From a virus (taxonomy: Duplodnaviria > Caudoviricetes): 64,000 nucleotides of DNA. The stretch lies in the IMG/VR virus record IMGVR_UViG_3300029955_000001. One strand, written 5' to 3'. Both the position numbers and the translations under genes were made by a program. Below, in pieces: positions 1-11,200 of this stretch. Positions within the stretch are counted from its first letter, which is position 1, and the number at the start of each line of letters is the position of its first letter. The notes under the pieces were generated by a model. The model saw only the letters and a program-made list of their open reading frames with translations. It ran no database searches and was not told the origin of the DNA.

Positions 1-190
1 TAATGTGGTACGGTGTGCCGTCTGCTTTTTGTGATTTTGTAGTGGTTGTTGTTACTTGACTTGTCAGTTGTCCATCTGACATTGGGCTATCTTCAATGGG
101 CGTGCATTCTATTACTTTTGAATTAAGTGCTTTGTTAGCAGCAACAATTCCTAGTGAATAAAACTTCATTCCACTATTTTTGGTTTCCAT
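1..190 (-). CDS. Partial (runs off the window start) probable virion/baseplate protein
   Basis: Manual translation METKNSGMKFYSLGIVAANKALNSKVIECTPIED... is open to base 1. It is divergent from SbcC and resembles the N-terminus of a conserved phiKZ-like virion protein (from memory). Confidence 0.55.
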   Translation of the reverse strand, partial: METKNSGMKFYSLGIVAANKALNSKVIECTPIEDSPMSDGQLTSQVTTTTTKSQKADGTPYHI

Positions 191-260
191 TTTCTGTCCT
201 ATGAATATTTTTTACAAGAGCGGTGTATTGTTTGAAGAATTAATAGAGAGGCATCGTTAG

Positions 261-2813
261 ATGAAGATTATATCAGTGGAACTCATAGGCTTTAAAAGAA
301 TAGCTCTTAACGGAGTTACACATTTTCAAATGAAGATGTCTGAAGTTATACAGTTAATACTCGGTACGAATGGTTCAGGTAAGTCTTCTTTACTAAGTGA
401 GCTTTCCCCTCTCCCAGGTGAAAATTCAGACTATACGCGCGATGGGTTAAAAAATATTAACATTACCGATAATGGTAATAGTTATATTTTAACGAGTAAA
501 TTCAATCCTAAACAAGAACATAGTTTTTTTAAAAATGGCGAGAATCTAAATGTAGGCGGGACAATAACTGTTCAGAAAGAACTTGTTAAACAAGAGTTTG
601 GTATAACTCCACAAATACGCGATTTGTTAGTTGGGTTTGAAACATTCCATGACATGTCGGCGTCTAAACGTAGAGAGTGGTTTACATTACTTAGCCCTAT
701 TAATTACGACTATGCTTTAGGTGTATTCAATAAACTGAAAGCACATAATTCATATATTGCAGGTGCATTAAAACATGCTAAGAAACGATTGGTAACTGAG
801 AGTGGTAAAGTTATTTCTATAATTGAAGAAGAGAAGTTACGAAAGGATATTGATTTTACAAATAATGAACTTACTCTTCTTTACGAACACAAAGCTCCTG
901 TAGAACGCCCTATTAAGTCGTACAGAGAACAACAACACGACGGAATGGAAGAACTATCAAGGCTCAGTAATAAACTTCTTAGGATGCGTTTAATAGCTCC
1001 GTATGGTGCTCACTCTTACGGTGTTAATCCAACACACGGACAAGAACGTGATGATTGGTTTGAACTTATTCAACCAAGCTTCACATCAATGATAGATATT
1101 GATAACTTTATAAACACGATTAAAAATGAAATTTCTGTAAAAGAAACATTGATTAGTAAAGAAGTATCCGAACATGCGAAGATTGATGAAACTGTTAAGA
1201 TATTAATCAAGACAGGAGAAGAAGGTGTTAGCGCTCTGCGTGAAAAGATTATGGCGATAGAAGAAGCAAGAGATTATATCTTAAGTAATAGAAAATTGCC
1301 TATTGAATGTGCTGATCCTGTAAACGCTCTTTCATCTTTAAACGTTATTTATGATCTATTGCAAACAACATTTTCTTCTATTCCTGAAAATGAAGATAAG
1401 AAGTATAGCATCTCGCGTTTAACAGAACTGCGACAAACTCTTATTCGTTTAAAAGACATTAACGTTATTCGTAAAGCAGAACATGTTCGGCTTTCTGTTC
1501 AAAAGACACATCTTGAAACGCATAAATCAAATGGTGATTCTGTATGCCCTAAATGTAATCATCGCTGGATAGCTGGTTTTAGTGATGATGCTTATGAAAA
1601 AATAGTTACTGCTGTAGCTGAAAAAGAATATGAGTTAGAAAAAGAAGAAAAAGAAATAAACGAGATTACAGAAAACATTGAAAGTATCCAAGAATATAGC
1701 GATATCTACAGAGATTTCTCTCGTTGTGTTTCTGAATGGAAATCTTTAAAACCATTTTGGGATTATCTTTTAGATGGGGAGTATGTTACTCGTAGTCCTA
1801 GGAAAGCATTAAGTATTCTAAATACATTTAAAGATGATTTAGAATTAGCTGTTACTAGTAAACAGTATGAAAAGGATGCTGTCTCTGTTTACGAATTAAT
1901 ACGCGCTGCTGAACAAGTAGGTAGCGCTAACCTTACGGACTCGCGCATTAAGTTAGAAGAATGTAATTCAGTAATTAGTAATCTCACATCTGAATTAGTC
2001 AAACTGAAGTCAACATTAACTGAATATGTACAATACCGTCGTCAGTTAGCTGAAGCAAATGATCTTGGTGAACGCATTAATGTTTTAACTATTTTGATGG
2101 AAAATACCACATCAGAAATGATTGAAATGATGCGTAGAGATACAGTAGAGCACTGTATTCGACAATTGCAACATTCAATTAGTTTGAAGCAAGAGGCATT
2201 GTCTGCTGCTATTTTACAAAAAGAAATTGTAGCTGATTTAGAAGATCAAGTAGCGAAACTCACTGTTGAAGATGATACAGTGAAACTAATGATCAAGTGT
2301 CTATCGCCAACAGATGGTTTAATCGCAGAAGGATTATTTGGGTTTATCCATAACTTTGTTGGACAAATGAATAACCTTATTCGAAAGGTATGGACTTATC
2401 CTTTGTTAATTCAAGACTGCGGGTTATCTGGGGATACAGGAACTGAGTTAGATTATAAGTTTCCTCTCATGGTGCAGAGTAAAGATAATGTTGTTCCTGA
2501 TGTAAAACTAGGTAGCGATGGGATGGTGGAGATTATTGATCTTGCTTTTAAAGTTGTAGCTATGCGGTACTTAGGTCTTTCAGAGAGTCCTTTAGTGATT
2601 GACGAATTCGGACGTTGTTTGGATGAACAGCACCGAACAGCGTCGATGAACATAGTTAAAACTTTAATGGATACGCAACCATTTACACAATTATTTATGG
2701 TGTCACACTACGAGAGTTTTCATGGAGCTTTTACAAATGCAGAAATATGCGTTCTAGATAAATCAAATATAACAATACCATCAATTTATAATCTACATGT
2801 ATCGATATCATAG
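261..2813 (+). CDS. sbcC: SbcC/Rad50-like SMC ATPase
   Basis: Walker A GTNGSGKSS, long coiled coils, central CPKC zinc hook, signature-like LGSDG, Walker B LVIDE and H-loop VSH. Confidence 0.92.
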   Translation: MKIISVELIGFKRIALNGVTHFQMKMSEVIQLILGTNGSGKSSLLSELSPLPGENSDYTRDGLKNINITDNGNSYILTSKFNPKQEHSFFKNGENLNVGGTITVQKELVKQEFGITPQIRDLLVGFETFHDMSASKRREWFTLLSPINYDYALGVFNKLKAHNSYIAGALKHAKKRLVTESGKVISIIEEEKLRKDIDFTNNELTLLYEHKAPVERPIKSYREQQHDGMEELSRLSNKLLRMRLIAPYGAHSYGVNPTHGQERDDWFELIQPSFTSMIDIDNFINTIKNEISVKETLISKEVSEHAKIDETVKILIKTGEEGVSALREKIMAIEEARDYILSNRKLPIECADPVNALSSLNVIYDLLQTTFSSIPENEDKKYSISRLTELRQTLIRLKDINVIRKAEHVRLSVQKTHLETHKSNGDSVCPKCNHRWIAGFSDDAYEKIVTAVAEKEYELEKEEKEINEITENIESIQEYSDIYRDFSRCVSEWKSLKPFWDYLLDGEYVTRSPRKALSILNTFKDDLELAVTSKQYEKDAVSVYELIRAAEQVGSANLTDSRIKLEECNSVISNLTSELVKLKSTLTEYVQYRRQLAEANDLGERINVLTILMENTTSEMIEMMRRDTVEHCIRQLQHSISLKQEALSAAILQKEIVADLEDQVAKLTVEDDTVKLMIKCLSPTDGLIAEGLFGFIHNFVGQMNNLIRKVWTYPLLIQDCGLSGDTGTELDYKFPLMVQSKDNVVPDVKLGSDGMVEIIDLAFKVVAMRYLGLSESPLVIDEFGRCLDEQHRTASMNIVKTLMDTQPFTQLFMVSHYESFHGAFTNAEICVLDKSNITIPSIYNLHVSIS

Positions 2814-2824
2814 AGGAGAACAAT

Positions 2825-3022
2825 ATGAGCTTAAGTGATTTGAAGAACATATCTACAATAGGCAAGCGTTTAGACGATCTTGAGAAAAGTAACCAAGATC
2901 TAAAATATAGAGTAAAATATCTCGAACAAGAAGTTCAGAGATTAGAAAGTGTTAAAATGAATAGCTCTGAACGTTCTGTTATTATAGCCGAGGCTGGAAA
3001 CTACGCATATGCGATATCGTAA
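2825..3022 (+). CDS. Small coiled-coil hypothetical protein
   Basis: GAGGAG RBS; heptad-like sequence; co-oriented with sbcC. Confidence 0.7.
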   Translation: MSLSDLKNISTIGKRLDDLEKSNQDLKYRVKYLEQEVQRLESVKMNSSERSVIIAEAGNYAYAIS

Positions 3023-3039
3023 TAACTAATGAGGCTAAT

Positions 3040-3243
3040 ATGAAAATTGTAATCCAAGAAATCACTCCAATCAATCCGTTGAAAACAAAAACAAAACATT
3101 ATCAAATTGTTTTCTATGGTAGAAATAAAAAGAAATTACCGATACCTAACGTATTAAGTTTATCCGGCTATGAGCTGGCTGACGCAACCCGTGTCGCAAA
3201 TGAATGGGCTGAAGCATTAGGTGTTCCCGTTGTACATGAATAA
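3040..3243 (+). CDS. Hypothetical protein
   Basis: GAGG RBS; operon position. Confidence 0.65.
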   Translation: MKIVIQEITPINPLKTKTKHYQIVFYGRNKKKLPIPNVLSLSGYELADATRVANEWAEALGVPVVHE

Positions 3244-3254
3244 AGGAATGTGTT

Positions 3255-3905
3255 ATGAAAGCATTAGCTGATAAACTGAATAGAATAGAAAGTATTGGTA
3301 TTTTACTTCAACAAGAAATTGCTGAATTAAAAGAAATTATTATGGGTCCTAAACCTATTGTTGAAACATACGACGTTATAGTGGTGGATGGTGTCCCTGT
3401 ATCGGCTAAGAGCACACCGCCTGCTATTTCATCTGAAGAGAAACAATTAATTGACGATGTTATCGAATTCAAAAATACAGAGAACGATATACGAGAAGGT
3501 CTATTTAAACAGATAAGGGGTAAAGACAGTATTATTAATATGTTTTTATCGCCTACTGTTATTAATGGCGGTAGAGGTTTTATTCGACCAATCCCAGCTT
3601 TCATGCAATATGAAGAAGATATATCTTTTTTAAATCCTGATCGATTAATGGTGTTTCCAGCAGGCTTCTACATGAATCGCGTTACGAGAGAAATACAATT
3701 GTTAATCTTTACGCGTTCGTGCATTGTTTGTATTGATAACTTACCTGGAATAGAAGGTAATGTTCGTTTTATGATAGCAGATAGATCCGGTTATAAAACA
3801 AATGAATTATACAAAGAAGCATCAAGTGAAGATTTGATTTTACTTATCTCTCAATTAGAAGAGAGTTTTAAAGAATTAATGTCACAGTGCGATTTCACGT
3901 CATAA
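3255..3905 (+). CDS. Hypothetical protein
   Basis: AAGGA RBS; 216-aa ORF followed by a hairpin. Confidence 0.75.
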   Translation: MKALADKLNRIESIGILLQQEIAELKEIIMGPKPIVETYDVIVVDGVPVSAKSTPPAISSEEKQLIDDVIEFKNTENDIREGLFKQIRGKDSIINMFLSPTVINGGRGFIRPIPAFMQYEEDISFLNPDRLMVFPAGFYMNRVTREIQLLIFTRSCIVCIDNLPGIEGNVRFMIADRSGYKTNELYKEASSEDLILLISQLEESFKELMSQCDFTS

Positions 3906-3912
3906 CAGCATA

Positions 3913-3951
3913 TAGACCATACCGAGATAATAATCGGTATGGTCTATGCCG
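3913..3951. terminator. Bidirectional hairpin between convergent genes, followed by TATGCCG on +
   Basis: 13-bp stem tagaccataccga/tcggtatggtcta. Confidence 0.75.
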
Positions 3952-5190
3952 CTATATGTTATCTGATCCAATTTCTATAAAATACGCAGAACTCTGGTTA
4001 ACCGGTGTAAATGGCACTAAAGCATTTGATACACTATTTTGTTCAAACAAATTAACTGTGTCGTATAACATGTTGTGTCGTAATGAATCGTGACAATTAA
4101 GACTCCATTGTCTATCCTCATACGTTGACCAGTAATTTGCAATTTTACCAACACCAACGATTAACGGATACTGCGGCTCAATATAAGAAATAAACATATC
4201 AGGCATCTTTGTTTTTCGTACATCTAAACGATTTACAAAGATGTTCGGATTATCCATAACCACAAAGAACGATTGCGATAAAGTCAAATAAGCAGTTATG
4301 TTTGCATCACTATAAAAATCTGCTACCCCTACTTGTTCATTATTTCGTTTTGTTGATTCTAACGGTAGTGAAGATAAATCAATGTATTTCTTTGATTCGT
4401 AATAACGATCCAAAAATGGAAGATTAATAAAGTTAATACAAATCGTATCTGTTCCAACTGGAAAGAATGTTCTATTATCTAAGACATGTAAATAACCGCC
4501 CAATACTAACATAACTGTTTTATTAGTAATGTCAGTTCCTAGGTTAACAATACAGTGCTGGGATAAACTTTGTCTGGTGTTTTGTTTATAGACCATATTG
4601 CTTGTAATCGGTATGAACGTTAGATTACCAATACCGTTAAAGCTATAGATGCCAATTTGATTTTGCTTAGATATCTCACATGACTTCATGCCATCAACAA
4701 CATATACACCAGTCCCGTCTGTGTCTGTCAAATGAAAAAACCCATTTACATTTACTAAACATTTTTGATAAAACAATCGATAGTCTGTGTTTTCTCTAGT
4801 AAGAAAAAGAGAAGTTTTATCACTAGGCACAACAGGTGCTGTTACTGAATCAGGAAGTCGCATTGGTGTAATCGCGTAACCTGCTTTGAAAGCATCTGCA
4901 TAATGTGCGTAACTTGGGTTTAGAACAGGTAAAGTATTTGATGTAACCAGCGAAGAATTACCAATGCTTGCTAGATATTGAACAAATGTAATTGTTTGAC
5001 CATCATTACCTGCTGGTAGATTAACGAAGTCAAATGCCACCGGCGCTGTTAAGTACGGGTTCGTTAACGTAGCTATTATTCTAGAATAGGTAGAAAATAA
5101 CATATCGATAGGAATGCTGCTGATATCTACACTTGTCCAGCGTTCATCCCCTTTTAATGATTTGGCTATAGCCGAGACTAATGTATACAT
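3952..5190 (-). CDS. Conserved phiKZ-like virion structural protein
   Basis: 412 aa, beta-rich; adjacent to sbcC and the tail cluster as in phiKZ-like genomes. Confidence 0.6.
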   Translation of the reverse strand: MYTLVSAIAKSLKGDERWTSVDISSIPIDMLFSTYSRIIATLTNPYLTAPVAFDFVNLPAGNDGQTITFVQYLASIGNSSLVTSNTLPVLNPSYAHYADAFKAGYAITPMRLPDSVTAPVVPSDKTSLFLTRENTDYRLFYQKCLVNVNGFFHLTDTDGTGVYVVDGMKSCEISKQNQIGIYSFNGIGNLTFIPITSNMVYKQNTRQSLSQHCIVNLGTDITNKTVMLVLGGYLHVLDNRTFFPVGTDTICINFINLPFLDRYYESKKYIDLSSLPLESTKRNNEQVGVADFYSDANITAYLTLSQSFFVVMDNPNIFVNRLDVRKTKMPDMFISYIEPQYPLIVGVGKIANYWSTYEDRQWSLNCHDSLRHNMLYDTVNLFEQNSVSNALVPFTPVNQSSAYFIEIGSDNI

Positions 5191-5277
5191 TGTTATTCCT
5201 TTATTTAAACATCGGCACTAAATATTATAGACTGAAGACTTAATCCATAAAATAACCGCTTTACCTGTGGAGGGCAC

Positions 5278-6141
5278 ATGCCATCAACAACACCTGTTAC
5301 GTATCCGTTTGATCCTACAGGTACGCTCGCGTCAAACCTGATAACTGGTGAACAGCAGATTTTGAAGTTACCAACCTTCGAAAATTTTCATTTCCTAGTT
5401 CCTAACTTAGCACCTTATTTTGCGTCGACATTGCAAGTAAGTATCAAATTACTAGATGGCACAGTACAGCCACTAAACGAAGGTATTGATTATTACTGTA
5501 CAAATCTATTCAAAGCGGCATCGATGGCTTGTGAGAAGCCAATTTATGGTTCTGTTAGTTTTCTTGATCTATCCTTATCCGGTATCGTTACTTTTAACTA
5601 CCAAACAATAGGTGGCAACTGGACACTTAACCAACAACAAATTGCGCAGATTATTAGTAATGTATTGCAGAACCCGCGTGTGACTTATTGGGATCAAGTA
5701 ACAGAATATCCTGCTTTATTTCCACCACTTGCCCACGCGTTTGACTTAGTAGATTTAACAGGAGCGGCAGAGTTATACACAGCGTTAATGGCTATAGAAG
5801 CGGCTATCGCTTCTAAAACATACGATGTAACATTATTGAACCAAGCGATCAATACTGCCAATTCTGCCAATGTAATCGCCAACGAAGCAATAGTCAGAGC
5901 AGATGCTGCGTACGCTGCGTCAAACGCACTAGATCCGACTGCGGCGGCTGCTACTTTGGTTGCGTTGCAAACAGCTATTGCCACAGCAGAGGGCACGTTA
6001 CCCGTTACGTTAACAGCAACAGTCAATAACGCTCTATCAGTAGCTAACGCAGCAATGCTGGCGGTAACTGCTTTAGAAACAAACGGAACAAGTTCGAACG
6101 GTATATCTGACGATGTACTCCTTTTCATGGGGCAAAATTAA
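5278..6141 (+). CDS. Virion/tail-fibre attachment protein (phiKZ gp145/146-like N-terminal domain) with Ala-rich coiled coil
   Basis: N-terminal YPFDPTG..NLI.GE motif shared with the 8276 protein; C-terminal Ala-rich helix. Confidence 0.7.
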   Translation: MPSTTPVTYPFDPTGTLASNLITGEQQILKLPTFENFHFLVPNLAPYFASTLQVSIKLLDGTVQPLNEGIDYYCTNLFKAASMACEKPIYGSVSFLDLSLSGIVTFNYQTIGGNWTLNQQQIAQIISNVLQNPRVTYWDQVTEYPALFPPLAHAFDLVDLTGAAELYTALMAIEAAIASKTYDVTLLNQAINTANSANVIANEAIVRADAAYAASNALDPTAAAATLVALQTAIATAEGTLPVTLTATVNNALSVANAAMLAVTALETNGTSSNGISDDVLLFMGQN

Positions 6142-7785
6142 ATGAACACATCTGTAAAAACAAACCAAAGTGTGTCTGTAAATACAACCGCACTAGGCGT
6201 AGTTGTTCCTCCAGGCCCTACTGTTTTAACAGCGAACATCATAGCAGCTGAAGCTATTAAAGCAGGTGATATCGTTGTAATTGGTAGCGATGGACTTGGA
6301 CATTACGCATTACCACCAGATGCACCAGGCGCTATGTTTAGACCAATTATTCAGCCATCGCCGATCAATGTTGCCAATGGTATTCAAGAAACAATAATAC
6401 TTGCTCCATCTGCCGCTAATACAAGTAATCACATAGGTGAGAAATCTATCCTATTACCAAATGGAAATGTAGTTTTTATTTATACAGCTGGTGGTAATAC
6501 TCAAGCATCTGTTGTTTCCCTAAATGGTAGTTTAGTTGGTAGTCAAATACTAGGGGCAAATGATGGAATAGATTTTAGTGTGGATGCTGTTTTACTTAGC
6601 AATGGAAACATAGCTGCGTTTTTCCATGTAGCGCCATCTTCAGCTTTAGCAATGGCAGTCATTGATAAAAATGCAAACTTTGTTTTACAAACAGCCATTA
6701 TCGAAACAAGTACAGGCGGTGGTGCAATTTCAGCCGATGTAATGATTGACGGTAATCTGATCGTTGCGTATACCGATGGGCAGAATCGTAGCCCAAAAAT
6801 TCAAATTCGCACGGCTTCTGGTGGTGTAGTTACCGCTGGGTTTATTCCAAATACATCCTCTGCTCCAGTTGCTAATAACACATCTGTTTCTGTTAACGCA
6901 CTTAAAGCTGGTGGCTTTAGTTTAGTCTACGCAACAACCGATGGTACGAATGGGCAAGTATATGCTTGTGTTTTCAGCGGCATTGGTTCAGCGCTATCAA
7001 ATAACATTCAAGTAGGGCAACCGCAAACAGGCAGTACTATTGGAGCATTTGTTAAAAGCGTTGCTTTGCCAGATGGTGGATTTGCTGTTGTTGCGTATGG
7101 CGGGAATGGTCCTGGTTTTGCATTGAATATTTTTAACAATAATGCACAACCACAAGGAGCCAACATTGTACTTGATGCTTACGATGGTAACGACTCGGTT
7201 AATCGCGCCGGAATAACTGTTCTTGAAAATGGGAACATTGCGGTTATTTGGCGTGTGTTTGGAAATGCATATGGGGCTGTTTATACCACAGCTGGCTTAC
7301 CTATTGTTCAGAAAACATCTTTCGGTGCTTTTAGTTCTTCTGTTGCAATAACAACTATTCCACGTGGCGGTGCCGCAGTAGCATTACAAGGCGCATCTGA
7401 ATTATTTATTGGTGCGTTAGATAATAATCTATCTGGAAACTTTACAGCAGCACTGCCTGCGGGATTACAGAATTCCATTCCATTAATTCAACCTATTGCA
7501 GCTGCTATCTATACATCAGCTACTGGTCTAATTGCAGGCACTGTTTCTAGTAACGTTACTGTTGGTATATTTGCATCGTATAAAATTGACCAAGCTACTC
7601 CTATTGGAGTGGCAACAACTGCTACTGGCGCTAACCAAGATCTCACAGTGCAAACAGCCGGTGTTGCAACGGTACGACTTAGCTTTGGTCAACCTTATTC
7701 TCTTGACGCAAATAACAACACTCCGCCCGGACAGAAAATGTCAGTTATCGGAAACACTGCTATTCTTAAAGGAATTCAGCAATGA
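6142..7785 (+). CDS. Tail-associated beta-rich (propeller-like) protein
   Basis: Repeated L.NGN/L.DGGF..VY blade-like motifs; lies in the tail cluster. Confidence 0.6.
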   Translation: MNTSVKTNQSVSVNTTALGVVVPPGPTVLTANIIAAEAIKAGDIVVIGSDGLGHYALPPDAPGAMFRPIIQPSPINVANGIQETIILAPSAANTSNHIGEKSILLPNGNVVFIYTAGGNTQASVVSLNGSLVGSQILGANDGIDFSVDAVLLSNGNIAAFFHVAPSSALAMAVIDKNANFVLQTAIIETSTGGGAISADVMIDGNLIVAYTDGQNRSPKIQIRTASGGVVTAGFIPNTSSAPVANNTSVSVNALKAGGFSLVYATTDGTNGQVYACVFSGIGSALSNNIQVGQPQTGSTIGAFVKSVALPDGGFAVVAYGGNGPGFALNIFNNNAQPQGANIVLDAYDGNDSVNRAGITVLENGNIAVIWRVFGNAYGAVYTTAGLPIVQKTSFGAFSSSVAITTIPRGGAAVALQGASELFIGALDNNLSGNFTAALPAGLQNSIPLIQPIAAAIYTSATGLIAGTVSSNVTVGIFASYKIDQATPIGVATTATGANQDLTVQTAGVATVRLSFGQPYSLDANNNTPPGQKMSVIGNTAILKGIQQ

Positions 7786-8207
7786 ATTATTTTTTAAATT
7801 CTGGGACATCGACAGTATTTGCTGGTACAACTGTGCCGACATACGACTCTACTAAAAAAGTTTGGGTTACTGATGTTGGTAGTTTTGTTGATGTAACAGG
7901 GAAAAATTATTCGATTGGTTCGAATGATTTAACTCCATTACCAACACCAGTAACAGTAACACCTGCGCAATTTTTAGCATTGTGGACACCTGCTGAATTA
8001 GCAGCAATTCAAACTCTAGAAGCAACTAGTCCTACAGTGAAAAATTTATTTACAGTAATTGCTACAGGTGCTGCAAATATCGACATGTCTCAGTTGTCTG
8101 TTAAAGCAGCTATAAGAAAAACTTTATTCTTATTGCCTGTCGGAATTATTACTGCAGAAAATCAGATTGCTCGTTTCGCAAAGATTCTGTCAGGAACACC
8201 AGCTTAA
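7782..8207 (+). CDS. Putative tail-fibre accessory/assembly protein
   Basis: ATGA overlap with the upstream gene; VTPAQFLALWTPAE motif typical of small tail-associated proteins. Confidence 0.5.
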   Translation: MNYFLNSGTSTVFAGTTVPTYDSTKKVWVTDVGSFVDVTGKNYSIGSNDLTPLPTPVTVTPAQFLALWTPAELAAIQTLEATSPTVKNLFTVIATGAANIDMSQLSVKAAIRKTLFLLPVGIITAENQIARFAKILSGTPA

Positions 8208-8214
8208 AGAGAAG

Positions 8215-8242
8215 ACTAATACCCAGTTACTTGGGTATTAGT
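8215..8242 (+). terminator. Intrinsic terminator-like hairpin
   Basis: actaataccca/tgggtattagt stem followed by T-rich sequence. Confidence 0.6.
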
Positions 8243-8275
8243 TTTATTCACTTGTAAATACAGGTAGGAAAATAA

Positions 8276-11200
8276 ATGTCAACACCACTTGTTCTTAAAT
8301 ATCCAATTGATCCGACTGGAACTAATCCTGCTAATTTAGTACAGGGTGAAGTTCAGACGTTGATCCCAAGACCAATACGTGCGGCAGCAACAGATTACGG
8401 TGCATTTTATTCTGCTTCCTTGATTGTTACCGACACAGCAAACAATACTATTTTAACTTCTGCTCAGTATTACCCAGCAGAAATGTACAAAATTCCAACG
8501 GAGATGTACGGTAAGGAAGTATGTGCAATTATCATTATCACTGATCCAACAGTTAGTAATTCAATATCGTTACAATACCAAGCAGTTGGGGGCATTTTTA
8601 GCACAAGTACTGAAGCTATAGTGCAGATGTTAAATGCAGCTCAATTAGATAACAGACCAATTACTTGGCCTAACATTGAACAGAAACCAACTGAATTTGT
8701 TCCTACTCTGCACACACACAGCACAGATGATTTCTATGGAATGGAATATGTCACGTTTGCACTGGAGCGTGTACGGCAAGCTATTTTACAAGGTGATGAT
8801 GTATCACATGATCAAATTTATGCGTATATTGATAAGAACATCGCTGCTGTATCAGCTGCTCAAGTATCCGCTATTAACGCAGCAATGGCTTTGCATTTAG
8901 CAGCAGCTAATCCGCATCCGCAGTATGTATTGATCGCTGATGAAAATATATATCCTCTTGTAAGAACGCCTACGAATGAAGTCCCTGTCAGTGGGGCGAT
9001 TGGTGTTAACCCCGAGCTAACGTTGACGGGTAATGAATACTATTCGTTATACGGAGTGTCCCAAGGCGCGTCTGAGTTTCGTTTATCGGTTAATGCTGGA
9101 TGTGTTTCTCCTTTTATCTTTGACGCTGTATTAGGGGCTGTAAACACTTATAATTATTCAGGGGTTCTTTCTTCTGAAACTGTTTATTACTGGCAAGTTC
9201 GGTATCAAGATTCAGAAGGCGTGTGGTCTGCTTGGTCTACTGTTACATCGTTTACAAGTGCTGTTATTGGTGTAAATACACCAATAATTAATTCTATAAC
9301 AAATGGTGCGGTAGGTGTAAGCTTAACACCTATTTTAACAAATAGTGCTTTCTCATCAACTGGCATTGTCGATACTCAGACTTCGAGTGTTTTCCAAATA
9401 TGGACTAACAATTCAGCAATCGGTGTTCCTGTTTGGTCTGATACAGTGAACAGTGGTAATTTAAATTCTGTTAGTGTGTCTGGCGGGACGTTGCAAATAA
9501 CAACCACTTATTACGCTAGATCACAACAAGTGGGGGCGTTGCTAGGTGCGTCTAATTGGTCGTCGTGGGTAGCTTTTACAACGGCTTCTACGGGAATTAC
9601 AACGCCGTCGATAATAACCCCCGCAAATGACGCGATAGATGTGTCTATCACGCCAACTATCACAGCTTCGGCCTTTACCCCTTTTGGTGGAACGGATACG
9701 CAAGCTTCGACTAATTGGGAAATATGGACATTGGGAAGTACGTTAACTCCTGTGGTTCGAACGTTTACAGCAAGTGGTACGTTTACGCCACCTAGTGACG
9801 TTATGTCCGTGACTAGTGTTTCTGGATATGGCGCGGCAGCTGTAGCAAATACAACAACACCGGTTACCTATACGTCAGGGGCTGCTTCTACTGCATTTGG
9901 TTTCGCATTCCCAGGCGGTGTAAATGCTACTGCTCCTGTTACTACAACAGAAAATACAGTCGCTGTTATTCCTGGCTATTCGTATCCTATTATAGTGCCA
10001 ACTGGTGGTATTGTTACAATAAACTATTCTACTATTGTTCCTGCGTTAGTATGGTCATCTGAAAATAATACAACTAACCATACATCGATTACACTGCCGG
10101 TAAATAGTATTGTTGCCGATACATTATATCAGATTCGTGTTCAATATACTGGTGTGCTGCACGGTTCATCTGCGTGGTCTGCATGGAGTTATTTTACTGC
10201 TGGTTCACAGGGTGTAAACACTCCGTCTATTACATCGCCAGTTATTGATTCGACAGGTGTGTCTACATCGCCTACATTATTGGCTAGTGCGTTTTCTGTA
10301 TTTGGCGGAGCTGACACGCAAGCATCAGCTAGTTGGGAAATATGGACTGCTGGCACCGCTGTACCGCATACGCAAGCATTTACTGCGAATGGTACTTGGA
10401 CAGCTCCTACTGGTGTGTCTAATTTAACTAGTATTGTTGGCCATGGCGCAGCATCTACGCCAATTAGCGGTATTATTGGTTATGGCCCGTCTTACTATCA
10501 GATAGGCTATAATAGTCTTATTGGTGGTTACAACTATACTTCTACACCAACTATTACACAAACTAGTGGCAGCATTCAAAGCGGCGCTGGTGGTGGAGTT
10601 ACTATACTCCCATTATATTCATATACTTCACCAATCGCGGTTGTGCACGGAACAGTGCCGGATGGAACTTACACCGCGATTGGGACTAACATTAGTGCCA
10701 ATGACGTAACTTCGCCAGTAATGACCGCCGTTGTATCTGGAAATATCGTTACATCAGTAACAGTAACGCCTGGGCTTACAATAGAGGGATCTCAAGAAGA
10801 TGCATTTGCACTGTGGAATATAACTTTTGACATAGGTAATTACTTACAGGGGTTCGCAAGCGCTAATGTAAATACTGGAACTTATTACGCAACTGCAACA
10901 ATTGCTCAAGGCGTAGCAAACAGCGCAACAGCTATTACGTATCAGGTATCTGGGGGCGGAGGCAGTACATTTACGATTAGTTCTACACCTGTACTTACAG
11001 CTGGAAATGCTGAATACGGCACTGTTGGCTATACCGCTGGCGCCAACGCTACTGCTGTCGGTAATACATTTCTTGGTGCCACCGGTTCTGCTGCCCCGGT
11101 TGTCGTTACAGATACAAACGTTGCTGTTGTTCCCGGAACAAGTTATCCTATTGTTGTTCCTACTGGCGCTAGTGTAACAATCAATTGGAGTACAGGTACT